From: Mobula hypostoma
Taxonomy: Eukaryota
Assembly: GCF_963921235.1 (NCBI RefSeq)
Contig: NC_086107.1
Coordinates: 116,810,001-116,874,000 of the forward strand
Direction of reading: 5' to 3'
DNA length: 64,000 nucleotides
Shown here: positions 49,340-58,943 of the stretch, piece after piece
Position numbering within the stretch: the first letter of the stretch is position 1
Layout: each line of letters starts with the position of its first letter
Made by a program: the position numbers and the translations under genes
Notes under the pieces: model-generated
Database searches by the model: none
What the model saw: the letters and a program-made list of their open reading frames with translations, nothing else
Told to the model about the DNA's origin: nothing

Positions 49340-49376
<37 letters not shown>
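47820..49376. repeat. 1.55 kb compound (CA)n/CAGA/CATA microsatellite with a ~450-bp higher-order period
   Basis: Landmarks ccagac at 48401/48851 and ctctc at 48256/48706. Confidence 0.97.
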
Positions 49377-49377
<1 letters not shown>

Positions 49378-49639
49378 GGAAGTCATGCTGCTCATGGTCG
49401 AAGTTACCGTGGTGCTCTCTAATGCTTTGTGTCTCTGAAGCTGCTGCTCTAAGCTTTTCAATGCACTTGTGCTCACATTGACGTGTGCATGACAGGAAAC
49501 TTGACCTTGATTTTAATCTTTACGATTTGGTTGGAGACTCATAAAAGTAGTTCACGTGGCAACCCCATGCTTTATTCGAACTAGCCTGTAGATGTCAGAG
49601 TTGCCAGGGACATCCAATTGCTTGTTGTGAGTCAAATTA

Positions 49640-51500
49640 AAATGACCCACAGAGTCACTTTCCAAGGTGACCCGTTGAGCTGGTCTGACTTTCCAAATTG
49701 CCCCATTGACAACTGGTGTGACTTCCCCAACTCTCCATATAGCCTGCTGCTGTAACTTTCCAAAGTGCCGCATTGACTTCTGAGTTGACTTTACAAAATG
49801 CCTCATTGCCTGCTGGCGTGACTTTCTAAAATTCTCCATTGACTGCTGGTGTGACTTTGAAAACTAAACCATCGATGCATGACTCTGGGATGTAGTCCAT
49901 CTAGCCAGCTGACGTCCACCTTAAGACCTTTCAGTTTGCCTAACACTTTTTCCTTTGTAATAGCAATGGCACTCTCTCCTTCTCCCTGATTCTCACGGAC
50001 CTCTAGCACACTGCTAGTGTCTTCCACAGTGAAGACTAATGAACTTAATGGGTACATTGCATCAATCTTCACTGTGAAACACAGTAGCAATATGCCAGAG
50101 TTCCGTGAATGTCAGGGAGAAGGAGTGAGTGCCATTGCTATTACAAAAGAAAAGTGCGAGGCAAACTCAAAAGTCTTAGGTGGATAAGTCAACTGGACCA
50201 GATGGACTACAACCCAGAGTCTTGAGAGAGGTTGCTGAAGAAATAACAGATGCATTGGTTATGATCTTTCAAGAATAACTTGATTCTGGCATGGTCCTGG
50301 AGTCTTTAAGAAGCCAAAAGATAGGAAACTATAGACCAGTTAGCCTAACCTCAGTGGTTGGGGAAGTGTTGGGGTCTATCATTAAGGATGAGGTTTGAGA
50401 GTACTTAGGCACTAATGCGATTGCAGCAGGACTTAGACGCATTGGAAGAATTGGCAAAAAAGTGGCAGATGTAATAGAGTGTTGGGAAAGATACAATAAT
50501 GCATTTTGGTAAAAGGAACTATAGATTGGAATATTATCTAAATGGGGAGAAGGTTCAAATATCAGAGGTTCAGAGGGACTTAGGAGTCATAGTGCAAGAC
50601 TCCCAGAAGGTTAATTTACAGGTTGAGTCTGTGGTAAAGAAGGCAAATGCAATGTTGGCATTTATTTCAAGGGGAATAGAATATAAAAGCAAGGAGATAA
50701 TGCTGAGCCTTTATAGGACACTAGCCAGACCACACTTGGAGTGTTCACGAGGATGATTCAGGGAATGAAGGAGTTAATATATTAGGAGTGTTTGACAGCT
50801 TTGGGCCTGTATTCACTGTAATTTAGAAGAATGCAGGAGGATCTCCTTGAAATCTATCAAATGTTGAAAGGACTAGATAGGGTGCATGTGGAGAGGATGT
50901 TTCCTATAGTGGGGTATCCAGAACCAGGGGGAACAGTCTCAAAATTGATGAGTGACCTTTGAGAACAGAGATAAGGAGGAATATTTTCAACCAGGGTGTA
51001 GTGAACCTGTGGAATGCTCTGCCACAGACTGTGGTGGAGGCCAAGTCTGTGAGCATATTAAAGGTGAAGTTGATCCTTTCCTGATTGGTCAGGGCATCAA
51101 AGGATATGGCAAGGTCAGGAGTATGGGATTGAATGGGATTCGGGATCAACCATGATGGAATGGTGGAGCAGACTCAATGGACTGAATGGCCTAATTCTGC
51201 TCCTATGTCTTATGGTCTTATGGGCTTATGGACTACTGGGGTGACTTTTCAAAGTCACCATTATTGCTGCTGTGACTTTCCAATGTCCCCCATTGATCAC
51301 TGGCTTGTCTTTTGAACGTGCCCCATTGACAGGTGGGGTGCCTTTCAAAAGTTCCCCATTGACTTCTGCAGTGACTTTCTGAAGGGCCCCATTGATAGCT
51401 GGGGTGACTTTCCAAAGCACCCCATTGACTGCTGCCTTGACTTTCTAAAATGCCCAGATGACTGTTGGGATGATTTTCTTAAGTGTCTTATTGACATCTT
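49640..51500. repeat. 33-bp degenerate minisatellite (GTGACTTTCCAAAGTGCCCCATTGACTGCTG-like) in two halves, 49640-49870 and 51228-51500
   Basis: tgact recurs at 49686, 49719, 49786, 49819, 49852 and at 51372, 51405, 51438. Confidence 0.85.
49881..51228 (+). mobile_element. Degenerate CR1 with an inverted duplicate of its 5' end
   Basis: RT motifs 50330-51130; (cttatgg) tail; 49881-50037 is the reverse complement of 50066-50221. Confidence 0.85.
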
Positions 51501-51559
51501 GACTCTTTTGAGAGTCTCAAGAGACTGAAAGAGACCACATGGCTTTCTTTGTCATCATC

Positions 51560-51770
51560 TGTGAAGATCTCAGTACTGTGTCAGTGAAATCTATTGACAA
51601 ACTACAATTCATTCAGAATGCTCCTGCTAGCCTTTTCCATGAAAACCAGGATGAGGGAGCATATCACTGTCATTCTAGCTACTCTGTATTGGCTACTTGT
51701 ATTTTTTTAGAATTGATTTAAAGTCTCTTTCTTGTTTTTAAATGTTTGAATGGTCTGGAACTGGAGTAAT
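51560..51770 (+). mobile_element. Old L2 LINE 3' coding fragment
   Basis: LQFIQNAPA..EHIT..LATLYWL..FRID resembles the L2 motif LQLVQNAAAR..EHITPVL..LHWLP. Confidence 0.6.
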
Positions 51771-51782
51771 CCTGCTCAAACT

Positions 51783-52695
51783 CTATTATTATTATTTTTA
51801 TTTCTTCTCAGTTCAAGGTGGTAAGATCAGAGGTCCAAGTATGGCCAACCACACCAGTTTCTCAATTGGTAGGATCTTTCAGACTATCCTAGTGGTGTTT
51901 ACTATTGTGGTTTTCTGGAGATTTACATACTGTGGATATTGCTATGTCACCCTAATTGTTTAATGCTATTGTGTAGTGACTTTGGAATGATACCAGTTGT
52001 ATCAGATATTACTCTTGGGACAATGTATACCCAGTTCATATTCCATAGTCTTTCAATTTCCTCTTTTAATTCAGCATATTTCTGGTGCTTTTCATTTACT
52101 GATTTCTATATTATGTTTGTTTGGAATGGCTATATCTATTAAGTTGTTCTTGCTTGTTTATCCTGTAATATTATATCCAGACAGTTATTATGGATTGTTC
52201 TATCTGTTATAACGGATTGATTGTAATATAATTGGTAAGATTCTGACTCTAAAACTGGTTCATTTTGTGTTGATAGTAAGGTATGGTTTCTTTTATGTTT
52301 GTATTTTAAAGCAAGATTTTGATGAATGATGTTTGTCACTTGATTGTGCCCAAGTAAGTAATCAGATTGAGTTAAACTGCTGCAGGATCCTGTAATGTGT
52401 TGGATTGTTTCTGGTTTCTCTTGGTATTTTCTGGGTTTATTACCTCGAATTTGTTTGTCTTTTATTATTCCTTTTTGATTTTTTTAATGTGTTAACCACT
52501 TGGTCCTGTATTGCTACAAGGAAGACTACTGTTTCTGGGAAAAGGTCTCCCACCCTGAGTCAGAGGTTTGATGCTTCCTTGTTGATAGCTAGTCTGCTCA
52601 TATCATGAGGATGTCTTCCATGGAGGGTCACGCTTTTCCATTCATTAAATTTTTCTTCTATAGTGATAATTTCTTCATTTTTCTGGTTGTGATTT
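51783..52695 (-). mobile_element. R4/Dong-clade (restriction-like endonuclease) non-LTR 3' fragment
   Basis: Minus strand reads ETIQHITGSC, (R>G)HNQV..IIHQNLA, TIHNN(C)LDII, LIDIAIP; ends in a (TAA)n run at 51783-51796. Confidence 0.75.
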
Positions 52696-52989
52696 AATTT
52701 GTTATTTTTTTTCTTTTTGCATTTGCAGTTTGCAGCCTTTTGCATATAGATTATTTGTCTATCTTTGTTGTGTGTGTTTTTTCATTGGTTCTATTGTGTT
52801 TCTTTGTATTTGGTGTGAATGCTTGTAAGAAAGAAGTCTTAGAGTTGCATGTTGTGACATATATGTATTTCAATAATAAATTTTCTTTGAACTTTGACCT
52901 TCTGAACTTTCATTCCCCACTCCCTCCAGTTGTTCTATGTGTCTTCCTTTAAACTTCTCCTGATGAGGTTGATTCAAAGGTTGAGCACA

Positions 52990-54244
52990 GTGCAACAAGG
53001 GTCCTGAGCTGTGCTAATTTCAATGCAAGAAGTATCACAAGAAAGGTGGCTGATGGTGCTGAAGATGAGGTAGTTTACAAACAGAGGTAACGTGCAGTGA
53101 GGAGCGGCTGTTGATGGGTTAAAATTGCAGACAACAGGATGAGTTCCAGTGTAAAGTTGGACAAAACCAGAAAAGGTGAATATGACACTAAAGGTGTTCT
53201 ATTTCAATGCATACAATATATGGAATAAGGTAAATGAACCTGTACCACAGTTGCAGATTGGCCTGTATGATGTTGTAGGCATCACTGAACCATGGCTGAA
53301 AGAAGATTAGAGGTGGGAGCTTAATGCCGAAGGATACACATTGTATCGAAAGGTCAGGCAGGAAGGCAGAAGGAGATGAGTTAAGCAGCTCTCGTTAAAT
53401 GCACATGCAGTTCAACTCTTTGAGTAATTATGCAGTAAGTTTCAAGCTAGTACCTCATCCCCTTCTACCCTTGGCCACAAACTTATCAATCACCCCTGAT
53501 GAGTTATTAACTTCAAACTTTCTGCATAATCACTCAAAGAGTTGAACTGCACGTGCATGTAATGAGAGCTGTATAACTCATCTCCTTCTACCCTAGGCCA
53601 CAAACTTATCAATCACCCCTGCTGTGGACAATTTCTGGAGATCCAAGATCCGTATGCTCTATGACTGCTGGACTAAGTGTGTAAATGTAGGAGGGGACTG
53701 TGTTGAACAGTAAATGTGCTAGGTTTTCTAAAATTGACTCCTTCTACCTCAGGCCACAAACTTATCAATCACCCCTCATAGGGGATCAGCTATTCTGGAT
53801 TGGGTGTTGTGTAATGAACCAGAATTAATTAGAGAGCTGAAGGTAAAAGAAGCCTTCAGGGCAAATGAGCACAATATGATCAAATTCACCCTGACATTTG
53901 AGAAGGAGAAGCTAAAGTCAGATGTATCAGTATTACAGTGGAGTAAAGGGAATTACAGAGGATGAGAGAGGAGTTGGCTAGATTGATTAGAAAAGAACAC
54001 AGGCAGGGATGACGGCAGACCTGCAATGGCTGGAATTTCTGGAAGCAATTCGGAAGACACAGAATGTATACATTCCAAAGAGGAAGAAGAATTCTAAAGG
54101 CAAGATGACACAACCATAGCTAACAAGAGAAGTCAAAGCCAACATAAAAGCCAAAGAGAATGCACATAATAGAGCAAAAAACTAATGGGAAGTTAAAGGA
54201 TTATGAAACTTCTAAAAACCAACAGAAGGCAATTAAAAGTAATC
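52990..54244 (+). mobile_element. Degenerate CR1 APE-region fragment
   Basis: Collinear with 34371-35400; interrupted by a mariner remnant. Confidence 0.85.
53366..53778 (+). mobile_element. Mariner-derived non-autonomous element with reiterated TIR
   Basis: Three direct copies of ccttctacc..ggccacaaacttatcaatcacccct (53461, 53584, 53740); WTKCVNVGGD resembles the mariner transposase C-terminus; ends before TA. Confidence 0.65.
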
Positions 54245-54317
54245 AATAGTCATAGTAACACACATCAAGGTTGCTGGTGAACGCAGCAGGCCAGGCAGCA
54301 TCTCCAGGAAGAGGTAC

Positions 54318-54353
54318 AGTTGACGTTTCAGGCCTAGACCCTTCGTCAGGACT
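54318..54353 (-). ncRNA. Minimal hammerhead ribozyme (one stem I mismatch)
   Basis: Reverse complement is AGTC-CTGACGA-AGG(GTCTAGG)CCT-GAAA-CG-TC-AACT. Confidence 0.75.
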
Positions 54354-56593
54354 AACTGATAATAGTTAGTAAGAGATTTGAAAGTGGGAGGGGGAGGGGG
54401 AGGGGGAGATCCAAAATGATAGGAGAAGACAGGAGGGGGAGGGATGGAGCCAAGAGCTGGACAGGTGATTGGCAAAGGGGATACGAGAGGATCATGGGAC
54501 AGGAGGTCCAGGAAGAAAGACAAGGGGGGGGATCCCAGAGGATGGGCAAGGGGTATAGTCAGAAGGACAGAGGGAGAAAAAGGAGAGTGAGAGAGAGAAT
54601 GTGCGTATAAAAATAAATAACAAATGTGGTATGAGGGGGAGGTGGGGCAATAGCGGAAGTTTGAGAAGTCAATGTTCATGCCATCAGGTTGGAGGCTACC
54701 CAGACGGAATATAAGGTGTTGTTCCTCCAACCTGAGTGTGGGTTCATTTTTACAGTCAAGGAGGCCGTGGATAGACATGTCAGAATGGGAATGGATTGTG
54801 GAATTAAAATGTGTGGCCACTGGAAGATCCTGCTTTCTCTGGCGGACAGAGCGTAGATGTTCAGCAAAGCGGTCTCCCAGTCTGCGCCGGGTCTCGCCAA
54901 TATATAAAAGGCCACATCGGGAGCACCGGACGCAGTATATCACCCCAGACGACTCACAGGTGAAGTGTTGCCTCACCTGGAAGGACTGTTTGGGGCCCTG
55001 AATGGTGGTAAGGGAGGAAGTGTAAGGGCATGTGTAGCACTTGTTCCGCTTACAAGGATAAGTGCCAGGAGGGAGATCAGTGGGGAGGGATGGGGGGAAC
55101 GAATCGACAAGGGAGTTGTGTAGGGAGCGATCCCTGTGGAAAGCAGAGGGGGGGGGAGGGAAAGATGTGCTTAGTGGTGGGATCCCGTTGGAGGTGGCGG
55201 GAGTTAGGGAGAATAATATGTTGGACCCGGAGACTGGTGGGGTGGTAGGTGAGGACACGAGGAACCCTATTCCTAGTGGGGTGGCGGGAGGATGGAGTGA
55301 GAGCAGACGTACGTGAAATGGGGGAGATGCGTTTGAGAGCAGAGTTGATAGTGGAGGAAGGGAAACCCCTTTCTTTAAAAAAGGACATCTCCCTTGTCCT
55401 GGAATGAAAAGCCTCATCCTGAGAGCAGATGCAGCGGAGACGGAGGAATTGCGAGAAGGGGATGGCGTTTTTGCAAGAGACAGGGTGAGAAGAGGAATAG
55501 TCCAGATAGCTGTGAGAGTCAGTAGGCTTATAGTAGGTATCAGTGGATAATCCTTTTTTCTCCTTTTTTAAAGAAAGGGGCTTCCCTTCCTCCACTATCA
55601 ACTCTGCTCTCAAACGCATCTCCCCCATTTCACATACATCTGCTCTCACTCCATCCTCCTGCCACCCCACTAGGAATAGGGTTTCCCTGGTCCTCACCTA
55701 CCACCCCACCAGCCTCCGGGTCCAACATATTATTCTCCGTAACTTCCGCCACCTCCAACGGGATCCCACCACTAAGCACATCTTTCCCTCCCCCCCCCTC
55801 TGTTTTCCGCAGGGATCGCTCCCTACGCGACTCTCTTGTCCATTCGTCCCCCCCATCCCTCCCCACTGATCTCCCTCCTGGCACTTATCCGTGTAAGCGG
55901 AACAAGTGCTACACATGCCCTTACACTTCCTCCCTTACCACCATTCAGGGCCCCAAACAGTCCTTCCAGGTGAGGCAACACTTCACCTGTGAGTCGTCTG
56001 GGGTGATATACTGTGTCCGGTGCTCCCGATGTGGCCTTCGACATATTGGCGAGACCCGACGCAGACGGGGAGACCGCTTTGCTGAACACTTACACTCTGT
56101 CCGCCAGAGAAAGCAGGATCTCCCAGTGGCCACACATTTTAATTCCACAATCCATTCCCATTCTGACATGTCTATCCACGGCCTCCTCTACTGTAAAGAT
56201 GAAGCCACACTCAGGTTGGAGGAACAACACCTTATATTCCGTCTGGGTAGCCTCCAACCTGATGGCATGAACATCGACTTCTCTAACTTCTGCTAATGCC
56301 CCACCTCCCCCTCGTACCCCATCTGTTATTTATTTTTATACACACATTCTTTCTCTCACTCTCCTTTTTCTCCCTCTGTCCCTCTGACTACACCCCTTGC
56401 CCATCCTCTGGGTTCCCCCCCCCACCCTTGTCTTTCTTCCTGGACCTCCTGTCCCATGATCCTCTCATATCCCTTTTGCCAATCATCTGTCCAGCTCTTG
56501 GCTCCATCCCTCCCCCTCCTGTCTTCTCCTATCATTTTGGATCTCCCCCTCCCCATCCCACTTTCAAATCTCTTACTAACTCTTCCTTCAGTT

Positions 56594-56629
56594 AGTCCTG
56601 ACGAAGGGTCTCGGCTTGAAACGTTGATT
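56594..56629 (+). ncRNA. Minimal hammerhead ribozyme (C>T changes that leave G-U wobbles)
   Basis: AGTC-CTGACGA-AGG(GTCTCGG)CTT-GAAA-CG-TT-GATT. Confidence 0.75.
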
Positions 56630-56736
56630 GTATCTCTTCCTAGAGATGCTGCCTGGGCAGACTGTGTTCACCAGCAACTTTGATGTGTGTTGCTTGAATT
56701 TCCAGCATCTGCAGAATTCCTGTTGTTTGCATTTTT

Positions 56737-57172
56737 AATAGGCATAGTCATACTTTATTGATCCCGGGGGAAATTGGTTTTCATTACAGTTGCACCATAA
56801 ATAAATAGTAATAAAACCATAAATAATTAAATCGTAATATGTAAATTATGCCAGGAAATAAGTCCAGGACCAGCCTATTGGCTCAGGGTGTCTGACCCTC
56901 CAAGGGAAGAGTTGTAACGTTTGATGGCCACAGGCAGGAATGACTTCCTATGACGCTCTGTGCTGCATCTCGGTGGAATGAGTCTCTGGCTGAATGTACT
57001 CCTGTGCCCAACCAGTCCATTATGTAGTGGATGAAAGATATTGTCCAAGATGGCATGCAACTTGGACAGCATCCTCTTTTCAGACACCACCGTCAGAGAG
57101 TCCAGTTCCATCCCCACAACATCACTGGTCTTACGAATGAGTTTGTTGATTCTGTTGGTGTCTGCTACCCTC
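56737..57172 (-). mobile_element. Rex1/Babar-like 3' fragment
   Basis: RINKLIRK..HPLH..TERHRKSFLPVAI; AATAAA and (actatg)n tail. Confidence 0.75.
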
Positions 57173-57184
57173 TTGGAGGGTATC

Positions 57185-58940
57185 GGAGGGACTAAGAAAT
57201 AGAGGACAACTGAATAAATATTTTGCATCAGTCTTCACTGTGGAAGACACTACAGGTATGGTAGAAGTTCCAGGTGTCAGGGGTCATGAAGAGTATGAAG
57301 TTACCATCAAACAGGGTAGCAGATACAGTACTCAAAGTGTTATATCTCAATGCATGAAGTGTAAGAAATAAGGTGGATGATCTTGTTGCACTATTACGGA
57401 TTGTCAGGTATGATGTTGTGGCCATCACTGAATCATGGCTGAAGGATGGTTGTAGTTGGGAGCAGAATGTCCAAGGTTACACATTGCATCAGAGGAATAG
57501 GAAGGTAGGCAGAGGGGGTGGCGTGGCTCTGCTGGTAAAGAATGGCATCAAATCAGTAGAAAGATGTGAAACAGGATCGGAAGATTTGAATCCTTACATC
57601 ATACGACCATAAGACATAGGAGCAGAATTAGGCCATTCAGCCCATTGAGTCTGCTCCGCCATTCCAGCATGGCTGATTCTGGATTGTACTTAACCCCATA
57701 CACCTGCTTTCTTGCCATATCCTTTGATGCCCTGACTGATCAGGAAATAATTAACTTCTATCTTAAATATACCCATGGACTTGGCCTCCACCACAGTCGG
57801 TGGTAGAGCATTCCACATATTTACTACTCTCTGGCTAAAAAAATTCCTCCTAACCTCTGCTCCAAACGGTCACCTGTCAATTTTAAGGGAGTGCCCTCTA
57901 GTTCTGGATACCTCCACAACCAGAAATATCGTCTCCATAGCCATCCTACCTAGTCCTTTCAGCATTCAGTAGATTTCGATGAGATCCGCATGCATTCTTC
58001 TAAATTCCAGTGAGTACAGGCCCAAAGCTGCCAAATGTTCCTCATATGTTAACCCCTACATTCCTGGAATCATCCTTATGAACCTCCTCTGGACTCTCTC
58101 TGATGACAACACATCCTTTCTGAGATATGGGGCCCAAAACTGTGAAGTGTGTTCAATAAGTGTGAAGTGGTTCATTTTGGTAGGTCAAATACGATGACAG
58201 AATATAGTATTAATGGTAAGACTCTTGGCAATGTGGAGGATCAGAGGGATGTTGGGGTTCGAGTCCATAGGACACTCAAAGCAGCTGCGCAGGTTGACTC
58301 TGTGGTTAAGAAGGCATATGATGTATTGGCCTTCATTAATTGTGGAATTGAATTTAGGAGCCGAGAGGTAATATTACAGCTCTATAGGATCCTGGTCAGA
58401 CCCCACTTGGAGTACTGTGCTCAGTTCTGGTTGCCTAACTACAGGAAGGATGTGGAAGCCATAGAAAGGGTGCAGAGGAGATTTACGAGGATGTTGCCTG
58501 GATTGGGGAGCATGCCTTATGAGAATAGGGTGAGTGAACTCGGCCTTTTCTCCTTGGAGCGATGCAAGATGAGAGGTGACCTGATAGAAGTGTGTAAGAT
58601 GATGAGAGGCATTGATCGTGTGGATAACCAGAAGCTTTTTCCCAGGGCTGAAGTGGCTAGTACAAGAAGACACATGTTTAAGGTGCTGGGGAGCAGGTAC
58701 AGAGGAGAAGTCAGGGGTAAGTTTTTTACTCAGAGAGTGGTGAGTGTGTGGAATGGGCTGCCGGCAACGGTGGTGGAGGCGGATACGATAGGGTCTTGTA
58801 AGAGACTTTTAGATAGGTATATGGAGCTTAGAAAAATAGAGGGCTGTGGGGAAGTCTAGTAATTTCTAAGGTAGGGATATGTTCGACACAACTTTGTGGG
58901 CCGAAGGGCCTGTATTGTGCTGTAGGGTTTCTATGTTTCT
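57185..58940. mobile_element. Cluster of CR1 fragments: 57185-57590 (+), 57604-58142 (-), 58145-58940 (+)
   Basis: APE AITESW motif; minus-strand 3' end with tail at 57604; ORF 58149-58859 encodes the RT C-terminus. Confidence 0.85.
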
Positions 58941-58943
58941 TCT

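Larger units (their letters stand above)
29135..49510 (+). mobile_element. Rex1/Babar-like 3' end split into pieces (29135-29180, 43788-43905, 47270-47390, 49420-49510) by nested insertions
   Basis: LKKATSTIKDP at 29146-29179 continues as H..G..FRNSNFPSTIQFLN at 43788-43903, collinear with the 42525 ORF; the (cttgac)-type tail lies at ~49500. Confidence 0.6.
54257..56730. mobile_element. Penelope-like element (Neptune clade), 5'-truncated, inverted head-to-head arrangement
   Basis: RT thumb YYKPTDSHSYLDYSSSHP, linker CKRNKCYTC, GIY-YIG VIYCVRCSRCGLLYIGETRRRLGDRFAEH on both arms; 12-bp TSD aatag(t/g)catagt at 54245-54256 and 56737-56748. Confidence 0.93.

Noticed and set aside
47726..49476. 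Poly-CV / poly-HT ORFs of 400-550 aa
   Set aside because: Translations of a (CA)n microsatellite.
49640..51500. Resemblance of the 33-bp unit to NF-kB/viral enhancer repeats (gactttcc..ccccattgac)
   Set aside because: It lacks the GGG half-site and units are degenerate; probably coincidental.
52955..52990. Sixth hammerhead (tcctgatgagg...aaaggttga)
   Set aside because: CUGAUGA is present but GAAA and the stems are not recoverable; at best a decayed remnant.
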